A DNA stretch of 64,000 bases, taken from the human T2T-CHM13v2.0 reference genome, Homo sapiens. The DNA lies in the NCBI RefSeq assembly GCF_009914755.1, contig NC_060947.1. The stretch is one strand, 5' to 3'. The position numbers were made by a program, and so were the translations under genes. Numbering within the stretch: position 1 is the first letter of the stretch; every line of letters starts with the position of its first letter. This document shows, piece after piece, positions 15,081 through 30,189 of the stretch. The notes beneath the pieces were generated by a model, which was not told the DNA's origin, did not search any database, and saw only the letters and a list, made by a program, of their open reading frames with translations.

Positions 15081-16090
15081 AAGTGTTATGCATATGCTGG
15101 CATATAATTTGTCTACTCTCCTGCAAATACCACTGGAAACTCAAATTACACAAAGTCTAATAAATCCAGGGAAGAGATTAAAGGAATAAATGAAGTAATC
15201 ACCCAGAAATTCTCCAATCAGAAAAAAATTTTGTGTTGCCTTAAACTCTCTTTTTAAAGCATATATTTATACCTTTGCTTATGTATTACCTATACTTGTG
15301 TATTTGTGACATATATAAAGTTATATATCCTAACTTTTCAATCTCACATCTGCTATCATACATCTCTTTTAGGATTCCACTCTTCATCACTTTTGTGTAA
15401 ACTTGAGTTTACCCCAATACCCAGACTCTTATCTGTTCTAACTACTATGTTTGTTCTAAGAAGCTGGTAACTCCACAGTAACTCCAGAGTAACTCGAGTT
15501 TCTCATGATATACAGAGCAAGGGACTGGAAGAAATCATGGGCCCTGGAGGCTGGACCTCCATGATGCATTTTGTGTCTAACTAAGAGACAATGATTGCCA
15601 AATATTTAGACATGAGACCGTTTATCCCAATTGAAGCCTTCCTTACAAATCTAATTTATAAGCATGAAGAAGTCTGAGCACTCAGTGAAGCAGGGACTGC
15701 AAGCCCAGAGTCCTTTCCACTCATTTCCCCTTCTTCCCCCTCAGGTCAGTGGGCCCTGTTACTCACAGAAATCGAGGGAGTATCCTAAGCACTACTGGGA
15801 AAGTTCAGTGCTAAAAGACACTTCCTCAGACACGGACTTCATCTAGAGTTGCTAGATATCCTGAATACACAGGATATGTACTCTATATGATTTTGTCATG
15901 CATCTTGTGTTGACTTTATCAGGAAACCCCAAATGTCCTGTATTTGGCTTTTTTAATTTAACAAGTTGCAAACATTCAACACTTAGAGTTACTTTTTCAC
16001 CACAGTAATCAGCAATTAAATTACTTAAGACAACATTAGCTGAAATTATACCTCGACAAATAAAGATCTGGGTTCTCATTCAGGTTTAGT

Positions 16091-16665
16091 TGAAGGAAAA
16101 TCAGAATCAGTGACTTAGAATTAAAGGAAATATTGATGGAAGGAAACGTCTGTTCTTTGCCAAAGTCCCAAGTCACGAACAAGTAACCACCATTAAATGA
16201 AATTACTAATCAGTATCATGAGCCTGTCAATGACAGCCTCACTCCAGTAACTAAGTTTCTGAAAGTGAGCAGATCAGTGACTGCCCCAAGACTTCTGAAA
16301 AGCAGCCAATCACTGACAAAGCTCTGGTCCCAAAAGGTAGCCAATCAGTGACAGCTGCTCACTTCTTGACAGAAGCAGTCAGAAAGTCTATCTGTTCACT
16401 GGCTTTGCTTCTGAAAGTCCACCAGAACACAGCAGCCTTAGTCTAGTGACCATGGAAACACAGCTGAAAGTCCGTCAGTCCCTAAACACTACCACTTCTG
16501 TACGTCTGCCAACCCCTGACACCCCAGACTAACCAAAACCTTATATAGGATTAGCTCTGGCTTTGTTTATGAAGTCCGTGCCTAACAAGTTCAGTTCTCT
16601 CTACGGGAAAAAGGGTAGTTCACCTTTTATTGCATCAGATATTCAATTCGTTAGTTAAGCTTACA
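16091..16665 (+). mobile_element. Old ERV-type solo LTR with CCAAT-rich U3 repeats (MER89/MER90/MER110-like, family uncertain)
   Basis: TG...CA ends (tgaaggaaaa...gcttaca), repeated cttctgaaag...agccaatca units, TATA-like cttatatagg near 16540; no clear TSD. Confidence 0.5.
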
Positions 16666-16713
16666 GCCTTTCCACCAGTCAATCCCTATTTACAAACTTG
16701 TTCAGACTTGTGA

Positions 16714-18837
<2,124 letters not shown>

Positions 18838-18956
18838 AGAGAAAGGTAGATAGTTTAGAAATTTATAATTTATTTTAGATAAACATCAAATAATGTTTTA
18901 GTATAAGAATATCACATACATTTTTCCTTTATCTTGATGTGAATATGCACAGACAA

Positions 18957-19335
18957 TGTTATGGGCTGAAATATCTTTCTCAAAAATTCATGTTAAAGTT
19001 CTAACCCCCAGTACCTCATATTGTTACTTATTTGGAGATACGGTCTTAATTTCCTAAAGAGGTAATTAAATTAAAATAAGGTCATTAGGTTGGGCCCCGA
19101 TCTTTTATGACCAGAATACTAATAATAAAAGGAGATTAAGACATCTACACAAGAGTAAAGACACAGGGAGAAGATGGCATCTACCAGCCAAGGAGAGAGG
19201 CCTCAGAAGTAATCAACCTTGTTGACTCCTTGATCTTGGACTGCTAGCCTCCAGAATTGTAAGAAAATTAATTTATGATATTAAAGACACCCAGTCTGTG
19301 ATACTTTGTTATGGGAGCCCTAGCAAACTAATAGA
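18957..19335 (+). mobile_element. MLT1B-like MaLR solo LTR
   Basis: tgttatgggctgaa...gccaaggagagaggcctcagaag...gccctagcaaactaataga; perfect 5-bp TSD gacaa (18952-18956 / 19336-19340). Confidence 0.9.
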
Positions 19336-19404
19336 GACAATGGGAAATAATTCAAATTTAACTAGGCACCTTGCATTTTCATTTGCTATTTTTTGTAGCC
19401 CTAG

Positions 19405-20400
19405 CTGAGGGAGAATGAAAGGCAAAGCTGCCTCACACTCTTCTCAGGAAATGCAGCCTGGATGATGAACAAAGATGGCTTCATAAAAAGTGGTCTCAAA
19501 TGTACAAGAAAAAGTGATTATAATCTCACACACACTTTTCCAGAGGATAAAATTTAAAAAAAAAACTTCCTGATTCAGTTTTATGCTACAAGCATCCTGA
19601 TAAAGAAACTCGAGGATAAAAGCACAAAAAGAGCAATTTATAAGCCAATTTATCACTCATGAACATAGATGTAAAAACCCTGGACACATAATAATAGTAA
19701 AGAGAATCTGCAATATATTTATATATATTGCAGATACACAAACACACTTAGAACAATCTAATTTATCATTAGAAAGTCAGCTAATATAAATTATTGCATT
19801 ACCATAAGAGAAAAAATTCACGTAATTATATGAAAGAAAGCCTTTGTAAAATTGAACATACATTAAGCATTGAAAAAAACGACAAACTTTTTAACAATCT
19901 AGTAATAGAAAGTTCTTCAACCTGCTAGAGATTATTAGTCAATGTTAAAATTTTAAAAGATATCAATTGAACCAATGATGTTTTTTATGGTCATTCAACA
20001 TTGTACTGCAGGTCCTTACTGCCACCGTAAGGCAAATACCATAAACAAAATATATTGAACTTGTACAGGATGAAACAAAATTGTTATTATTCACAAATGA
20101 TATAATTGTACACATGGATAATCTAAAATAATCTGAGGAAATAGATGAAAAACAATTAGTTTTCCAGATACTAATTAATAAAACAAAATTAATTATGTCT
20201 ACATATCAGGAAAGAAGCTTAAATATAAAATTAAGAAGTATCATCTGCCATGGGAGTAAAAATGTCAAGTACTTGGAAAATATCTAATGCAAAATGTTCA
20301 AAACTTTTACAGAGAAATTTTGTATCCTTTATGAGGGACATTTTAGAAAACCTAAACAAATAGGAAGATATAAGTTTTCATGAATTGAAATGCACAATAA
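19405..20400 (+). mobile_element. Ancient internally deleted L1M (L1ME-age) fragment, copy A
   Basis: ORF2 RT-region motifs ccaatttatcactcatgaacatagatgtaaaaa, attcaacattgtactgcaggtcc, ttcacaaatgatataattgta; paralogous to 30508-31480. Confidence 0.7.
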
Positions 20401-20449
20401 CAATACCTCGTTATATGGTCTCCATATTGTGTTTGTTAAATAACTTAAT

Positions 20450-20610
20450 TCTTACAAAGTTGGATGAAATTGGTTAGGTATCTTTGCCTTAAGTTTGAAG
20501 ATATAGAAACTATGGGTCAAAAATTCAAGTAACTTGCCTAAAAGCATATCGTTAAGCAGCAAGGCCAGAACTTGAATATATATGTCTGTCTCAAAAGTCC
20601 CTGCTTTTTT
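20450..20610 (-). mobile_element. MIR fragment
   Basis: gaaactatgggtcaaaaattcaagtaacttgcctaaaagc...ggccagaacttgaa MIR core on minus. Confidence 0.6.
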
Positions 20611-20633
20611 CACAAGGCCAGTGAAGTAGACAC

Positions 20634-21478
<845 letters not shown>

Positions 21479-21713
21479 ATATTTACTTCAAATTCACAAT
21501 CTAGATATACACCCCCAAATTATGTGGATGTGCTCATTATATGAGCTTTATTAAATTTATTATGAATGTGGAATTTGACATAGTAAAGTGATTATTCAAT
21601 TCAGATAATGTTTATATAATTATTATAGTGATTTTTACCTGGTAATTTTATCTACCTGGCTTTCAGTTTTCTCCTTTGATAAATGAATGTATTGAGTCAG
21701 ATATTCTCTAAGG

Positions 21714-21934
21714 CAGTAGGTTTTAACTGGGGGTATTTTGTCCCCCAGAAGACATTTGGTAATAGCTGAAGACATTTCAGGTTGTCACAGCTGAGGAGAA
21801 GTGCTACTGGTACTTCTAGTGGGTAAAAGCCAGGGAGGATTCTAATCAGCCTACAGTGCCCAGGACAGCCCGTCACAACCACAACAAAAAATCCAACCCC
21901 AAAATATCAGTAGTGCTGAAGTTGAGAATACCTG
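21714..21934 (+). mobile_element. MER20 (hAT-Charlie MITE)
   Basis: cagtaggttttaactgggggtattttgtcccccag...gttgagaatacctg, colinear with MER20. Confidence 0.85.
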
Positions 21935-22202
21935 ATATAAGATTTTATCTTCCTCTAAGATTCAATGAACTATTAATTCTAGTTCAGTCTACAATTATGT
22001 CAATTAACGTATTTTAATTCTATAAGAAACAAGTCAGCTTAGTGAGATAACTTAGTACTAACCAGTTACTTATTGGTTTGTTTATAAGCAGGTGATGGTC
22101 AGTTAAGGTAGAGTATCTTTGAATGGACATGCAAATTTCGTAACTTAACATTCAATGACCTGCTTACTGCTCTAGAAAATAGTTTTTAGAAAATGTGGAG
22201 CA

Positions 22203-22600
<398 letters not shown>

Positions 22601-22630
22601 TTAAACACCACATGTAATGTGCTGACGTGC

Positions 22631-22980
22631 TGTCTTAGTCCACTTTGCACTGCTATAACAGAATAACACAAACTACATAATTTGTAGTGAAGAGAAATTT
22701 ATTTTTCACAATTCTGAAGACTAGAATGCCTAAGATTGAGGAGCCTCCATCTGGTGAGGGTCTTCTTGCTGTGTCAGAAGGCAACAGGTCAAGAGAGGGA
22801 CAGAGATCAAGAGACTAAACTCACAGCCTCAAGCCTGTTTGTAATCAGCATTAATCCATTCATGAGGGTAGAACTGTCATGACCTAAACACTTCCCATTA
22901 AATTCTACCTCCTAACACTGTTGCATTGGGAATTAAGTTTCCAACACATACATTTTCAGGAAAATATTCAAACCACAGCA
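22631..22980 (-). mobile_element. MaLR MST-type solo LTR
   Basis: tgtcttagtccac...gctataacagaata...attaatccattcatgaggg...ttcaaaccacagca. Confidence 0.85.
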
Positions 22981-24829
22981 CATTACCATCTTATAACACA
23001 CAATAATCATAGGCAGTTTAATTAAAACGCCATATGAAGATTGTGCACTTTTTGACTTCTTAATCTCAGTAACTCAGAGAAACTAATTTAATATTCTAAT
23101 TTACTGTTCTTAATAGAGGAGGTTTCCAGTGACAGTTGCCATGTAAAGGTTTTATGGAACGGTGAACACATTAAAAGTCGTTCTTGTTAGGAGTCCTTTT
23201 GCTATATTTACCAAAAAAGTTCCTAATGCATTTTGTTACTTATCGTATATCATAATCCTCATGAATCACATGTGTTTAATGTGCCATTAAAACACCCTAA
23301 ATTAAATGATGAAATGCTATCCTGTCTAGTTCTGTATTTTACCCATTTTAAAACTCATTTTCTTTGTAATGAAGCATAATTTAGAGCCAAATATGGGAGG
23401 AAATAAAGAAAAATTATTGACATCCCATAATGGAATTAATTCTACATACTGTATAAATAATCTATTTCTACAAAACCCTCATTTTATAAGAAATAGGGAA
23501 GCATAAGGAAGGACAAATTATTTGGGGTTAATAAAAAAAAGTATATGAAGGTGAATAAAGAAAATGAAATGAAGACATAGAAACTGAATTTCACAGGTAG
23601 AAGCTTGGTTCTACAGGCTGGCTTTACTCTTGTCTCCAAGTTCAAAAAAGAATGCATAAGCCTAAAGGTCTATAAAATGATTCCATGACAAATGGATTAG
23701 TTTAAGAAACTGCTTTATCCAAAAACAACATAATGATGATATAATAGGCTCTCAAGGGGCAAATGAAAAATGTCTCACTGGCCTTGTGTTTAATATTGGA
23801 GCATTCAGGCCGTTGGAAATCAAGATAAGAATATCATGTTTTGTGTCTTTCCCAATCTGCTACTTGCTATTTCATCATTATATTTATGATCAGCAGGATT
23901 TTGTGAATTGTACCTTGATGATCAAAAACTGAAAATGCAAAGATATGTTTATATGTTATAGAAAGATACAGTATAGCAGTATTCAAACTATTTATTTATT
24001 TAAAATATTTCTTATGATCCACAGAAAGAATGGCCTACCATCTCTCATAAGCAGTACGTAGCTCATTTATTGTGCATCTCAATAACCTTACTACTCAAGA
24101 TAATTTTTGAATAAAAATATTTGTGAGTATTTTAAATAAATGGTTAATAACGTTAATTTTAATAAAAAAGTTCTATCTACAAAATGTACATAGTCTGTAA
24201 ATGTAGAAAAGTATATTGAATATCATTAAGGACATCTTCACCTTGTAAAATAATAAAATAATGTTATCTATGTTTACAGATTTTATTGACACTGACACAG
24301 AACAGTATCCAAAGTGTGTTATTAATTGGGAAAAGCCAACAGCAAAACAATATGTACTACTATATCATTACTTTAATATAATAGTCAGATACACATATTT
24401 ATCCATATGGAGATGAGAAAGGAGATTGAAGTAAAGAGATAACTTTATTATGATTGTATGCTTGAAATTTTTACAGTGAGAAAACAGTAATAGAGAATCA
24501 CTCCAGTATTTTCACTCTTATTAGTAGTAAATCACTTGCAAAATACTTTACCCCTGAAATTGGTACAGGTGTGTGTGTGTGTACCAGGATGAAAATAGAT
24601 GTCCTGTGAAGGATCCTTGTCTAATTGTCAGAGATCTGGGTCCTAATCCTTCTTTTGGCACAAACTGCTTGGCAGACCCTGGGAATGTGCTCCAGGCTCT
24701 CCATACATATAATGACAATTTCTAAGGTCCTGTCCCGCTGTACTATTTTAATTGTTTATAAAATGATCAGAAGTCAGGTAAAAACATGCATCAACTCAGT
24801 GAGACTATGTTGGATCTTAGAACTCTTCA

Positions 24830-25156
<327 letters not shown>

Positions 25157-25251
25157 CTATAGCTGAAAATATGACTAATCATTTTTTTCTCTGAGTGATT
25201 ATCACTTTCTTATAAATGATGTCCCCAAGCCCGTGTTGTTTTCCCGATGTC

Positions 25252-25631
25252 TGTCTTAGTTTATTGTCTTCTGCTATAACAGAATAGCACAGACTAGGTG
25301 ATGTATAAAAGAAAGAAATTATTCTTCACAGTTTTGAGGGCTGAGAAGTTAAAAAAATGTTATCAGCATCTGGTGAGGGCCCTCCTGCTGCATCATAATA
25401 TGGTGGAAGGGCAAGTGAGCATGCGAGAGAGGGAAAGAGGAGATCAGGCAGAAACCACTCTTTTATCAGGAGCCCATTCCCATGATAACAATCCCACTCC
25501 CACGATAATGACATTAATCTATTCATGAGGGTGGAGCTTCAATGAGCCAAACCCCTCTTAAAGGTCCTACCTCACAATACAATTATATTGGCAATTAAAT
25601 TTCAACATGCTTTTGGAGGGGACATACAGCA
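25252..25631 (-). mobile_element. MaLR MST-type (MSTC/D-like) solo LTR
   Basis: tgtcttagttt...gctataacagaatagcacagactagg...attaatctattcatgagggtgg...aaatttcaacatg. Confidence 0.85.
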
Positions 25632-26217
25632 CCACCTGAACAATGAATACCGAGAATCTGATTGCTAACCTGCTCCTCCTTGTTGACAAGAACCAATCCA
25701 AGCCAGGATTCATTCCATATCTGCCTTGGGAATATCAAGCACAAGCACAAACATATAAACAACTCCTGTGAAATCTCCATTACTGAGGTGCCCCAAGTTC
25801 CTATTTGGGGGTGTTCTTATTTGATGCAGTCCACTAAATAAACCTGACCTTGTTTGACTACAGATGCGTTCCTGCTTGTCTTTGACTCTCAGGCTATCAC
25901 AGGTCCTTTTGGCCATCAGAAATATCATTCATATAACATAAATTGCATCTTCTGTCAAAAGGCACTTCCTTCAGTCAAGCAAACAGCCTCTCTTTGAAAT
26001 CCTATTGAAATAAAACACACAAACAATAGCAGAGAGTGATTAATCCATATCCTTGAAGACAGTTTGTTTATATTCTCAAATTCTCTTCCCATTACCCATA
26101 CCTACAACACTTCATTAATTGCTTAGGAATTTTTTTCTTTTACAGATAATGTTAAAGACATCCACAAATTGTAGGCAATTATATTTGAAATGTTAGGCAT
26201 ATCCCTCAAGAGATTTT

Positions 26218-26370
26218 TATTCATTATCTATTGCTATGCAACAAATTACTCCAAAATTTAGTGATTTAAAGCAACAAACATTTATTATCTCACAGTGTCC
26301 ATAGGTCAGGAATTAGACAGCATGTTAGATGGGTAGTCATGGCTGGTCAAGGTCTTTCATGAGGTTGCAA
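26218..26370 (-). mobile_element. MLT1 LTR fragment
   Basis: ttatctattgct...aacaaattactccaaaatttagtgatttaaagcaacaaacatttattatctcacag. Confidence 0.7.
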
Positions 26371-26598
26371 GAAATCTTTCCTTGATTGAAACCAAAATAA
26401 ATGATTTAATGTAAATTAATTGTTTAGAAGTTTATTTTCTTATTGACGAATGTGCCATTGAATAATTGTAATCAAGTCGCAGACATTTAAAAAGTATTTT
26501 TCCTATGTACAGCACAATATGAAAGCCTCATAAAAGTACTATGAATTCATTTTTTTAAGATGAAAAAACTGAGGCTTACACAGTTTAGATATTTTGTC

Positions 26599-26678
26599 TT
26601 TCATAATATCAGGATATAAACATAATTTCATAATATCAGGATATAAACACAATTTTTTTTATCAGGATGTAAACACAA
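26599..26678. repeat. 27-bp minisatellite, 3 copies
   Basis: tttcataatatcaggatataaaca(t/c)aa x2 plus a degenerate third copy. Confidence 0.85.
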
Positions 26679-27175
26679 ATTTAACTAAAGACCCAAACAG
26701 TACTTTCTGTACAAGATCAGAACTTTCAGAGAAAATAAAATAATTGTAAAGAATAAAGGCATAGAGAAGGGGCAGAGAGAGAGAGAGAGACAATAAATTG
26801 ATGTTTATTAACTGGACACTTAATATGTAGCATAAATATTTTATACATGATCTAACTTAATTAAGTCTACTGTCTTATTTAACAAAGTCTATTTACAATT
26901 CATAGTCCAGAAATATCTCCCTTACTGGTGAAAATTACAATAAAAGGTTTTTCAAATAAACAGAAAACTCAAGTCAAAATTATCTTCTCCATGTACAAGC
27001 ACTGAGGTCCAAAGGGGAAGTCATTATATTTTGTCTTGGTATCTTTATCCTCACTTTCCTATGACCTTTTTCTTCAGAATACTTTTGTTTCTCATTTTCT
27101 TTCCTTCTGTAGAACAAAAATGAAGTATCTGTTATTTATACCTTTTTATAAAATGCCTACAGGGAAAAGAAGTTT

Positions 27176-27676
27176 TGCTGGGGGTAAGTCCCCAAATCTG
27201 GCCATAAACTGGCCCCAAAACTGGCCACAAACAAAATCTCTGCAGCACTGTGACAGGTTCGTGATGGCCATGACGCCCACGCTGGAAGGTTGTGGGTTTA
27301 CCGGAATGAGGGCAAGGAACACCTGGCCCACCCAGGGCGGAAAACTGCTTAAAGGCTTTCCTGAACCACAAACAATAGCATGGGTGATCTGTGCCTTAAG
27401 GACATGTTCCTGCTGCAGATAACTAGCCAGCACCCCTTCCTTTGTTTTGGCCCATCCCTTTGTTTCCCATAAGGAATAGTTTTAGTAAATCTATAATCTA
27501 TGGAAATAATGCTTATCACTGACTTGCTGTCAATAAATATGTGGGTAAATCTCTGTTTGGGGTTCTCACCTCTAAAGGCCTGATTTCCAACTCCACACCC
27601 TATATTTCTGTGCGTATGTCTTTAATTTCTCTAGCACCGCTGGGTTAGGGTCTCCACAACCGAGCTGGTCTCAGCA
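27176..27676 (+). mobile_element. MER9 solo LTR (HERV-K9/HML-3)
   Basis: TG...CA, tctggccataaactggccccaaaactggcc, aataaa, gagctggtctcagca end; 6-bp TSD aagttt/gagttt. Confidence 0.92.
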
Positions 27677-28030
27677 GAGTTTCAGTCAAATTTTTTTTAA
27701 TTTCTTCTCAACATTAGGTTTGTGAGACCCTTATTTCTAAATGTGGCTATTCAGAAAGCAAGAAGTTAAATATTTAAAGAATGATACATCAAGTAGGACC
27801 TAAGACTTTTAAGTATTTAATGTGAAAAATAAAATTAAAGTATACTTAATTTCAAGTATTACTTTCAACATTGAAAGTTATAAATATTAGAGAAAGAAAA
27901 AACACTGGAAGTATAGTTTATGTGAAACTATACTAGAAAGGGTTGCTTGTGTGACTCACATATGCAGTTTTAAATAGGTGTCAAGTGAAGCTGTGCACAT
28001 TTTGTTTGCCCACAGCAGTAAACATTAGGC

Positions 28031-28260
28031 TAACAGTATAGTCAAAGGAATTCAAGATTTGGACTCAGAAAGAAATGGCTTCAGATTCTAGTTTTACCAC
28101 TACCAGTTATGTAACCTTGGGCAAGCTTGTTAACCTGTTTGTGACTCTGTTTATCAGTAAAATGAGAGAAATAATAATGCTTAATTTTTCTGGTTATGGC
28201 AAAGGTTAGAGCTAACATAGATAATTTGCCTAATACAGAGTAAAAACTTAGGAAGTGAGC
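28031..28260 (+). mobile_element. MIR
   Basis: accactaccagttatgtaaccttgggcaagcttgttaacc...gtaaaatgagagaaataataatg core. Confidence 0.75.
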
Positions 28261-29564
28261 TTTAATCAGTCTTAGTGTACATTTATTGATTTGGTTACAG
28301 AAAACGTGCTCTTTAGCTAGAAAGATGATCCCCTATCCCTTCTTAGCTACTCAGTTCTTAGATGGACAGTACTTGCAACTTCCCTCCCCATCTGTCAATT
28401 TATCTACACTCAGTAAGTGCAAAAGCCTGAATGTGCTTTCAGAAATATATTTCCTTAGACACCAAGCAATAGCTTCCTTTGTGTGAAGTTTCCAGATGTC
28501 AAGCAGGCTTACCTCACCTATGTATCTGGTTAGTAGACTGAAAATCTTAGATGTTTATTTGCTCAAATGTGAGCAATACATTCAAAATGAGTTCCCATTT
28601 AAAATTCTAAGATATTCATTTTGGATAGCTTGACAAAAAATGGATAAATATGTTTGTGCTTTCAATCCTGGCAATACAAAAAGGTGATAGACAAGAAACA
28701 TTATTTTACATTTTATAGATACAAGATTTTATATACAATCAGAAAAATACCCCATAAAAATTATAACTAATTCTTAATCAGTTTTTAAAATCCTTTTGTA
28801 TAAATAGCTTCCAAAGAATAAATGATATGTTGATAGATATTTATGGACTAATAATTTTATTACTTAAATGTGCTCAATCATAAACTGTGAGGATATAGAA
28901 AGATAAATATCCCACTACACTTAAAATTTATAAAAGACTGATTAAAGTCAGTAGAGACTAGTTTATTTTAGCACTAGGAAACTTTATAAAGTCTAGCCTG
29001 TTTGAAGATGCAAAATTTGAGAACCATTAAAGAGATTTGCACTCTTTCAGTTCCATCAGGAGGAATTCACCAACCAATGGGGACTCCACTCAGTTACATA
29101 CTAGTTTATGTTTTAAATCCTTTGGTTATTCTGTATGGAGAGACCCTTTCACGAGTAGTGATTTTTGGCTTTTCCCCAAATCCCAACTCTGTAGACTTGC
29201 CCTGCAGTTTCAGAACTTGAAAAAGGTACATTACAATGGGTCCATTTCTTTTTCTTCCTACAAACCAGTATTCAAAGCACATGTTACCATGGAGTTCATC
29301 CTGAAACATTTATACCACCTAAATCTTCATTACCCAAAATCCAAACTAGCCCAAACACTGCAATAGTTCTGATAGTTCTGCACAATGCTGTGAATATTCT
29401 TCTCATATCTTCCTGCCTTCTCTGTGGTTATAATGCACCCTTCTGTTTATTTATGTGGTAATAACCCAGTGCAGACTAATTACTATGAATGAGAAATTTG
29501 GATCTTAGTCTTGCACCCAGAAGCAGTGGGTAATACTAGAACTACCTATAGAAAATCAATTATG

Positions 29565-29868
29565 GGCCAGGTGCGCCTGTAATCCTAGCACTTTGGGAAG
29601 CTGAGACAGGCAGATCACGAGGTCAGGAGTTCAGGACCAGCCTGGCCAATATGGTGAAATCCCGTCTCTACTGAAAATACAAAAATTAGCCGGGAGTAGT
29701 GGCGCACACCTGTAGTCCCAACTACTCAGGAGGCTGAGTCAGAAGAATGGCTTGAACCCAGGAGGCGGGGGTTGCAGGGAGTGGAGATTGCGCCACTGCG
29801 CTGCAGCCAGGGAGAACCAGTGAGACTCCTTCTCAAAAAAAAAAAAAAAGAAAGAAAGAAAGAAAGAA
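29565..29868 (+). mobile_element. AluSg-like SINE with small 5' deletion and (GAAA)n tail
   Basis: ggccaggtgcg joined directly to cctgtaatcc; TSD agaaaatcaattatg (29550-29564 / 29869-29883). Confidence 0.93.
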
Positions 29869-30189
29869 AGAAAATCAATTATGAAGAATTAAATGATAAA
29901 TGTGATAAATGGAAACAGAAAGGTCTATTTTTTAAAAAAGTAATGTAAAAGAATTGAGATTCTTGCTAATCCTAGATGTTGGTTGCATCTGTTGAAATGT
30001 AAAGTTCTGAAGACCTTATTAATCACTGTATCATCCATATTCCAACATCATGGCTGGCATATAAGTGGGACTGAAGCAAATCGAAATTGTTCTCAAGCCA
30101 AAATGAATTCTTGTCTAGAAAGGAAACATTAACTAAAATTCATAGAAATTTAGTGCAAATCTAACTTTGATTTTAGTGCCAGGGCTCCC

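Noticed and set aside
15467-15499. gtaactcca-based 11-bp triple repeat
   Set aside because: Too short, no spacers; ordinary slippage repeat.
16250-16520. Repeated motifs with variable spacing that could suggest a CRISPR-like array
   Set aside because: Degenerate, irregular units inside an LTR in primate DNA; no cas genes.
27036-27433. Overlapping 79-128 aa ORFs
   Set aside because: Lie largely in the MER9 LTR; incidental.
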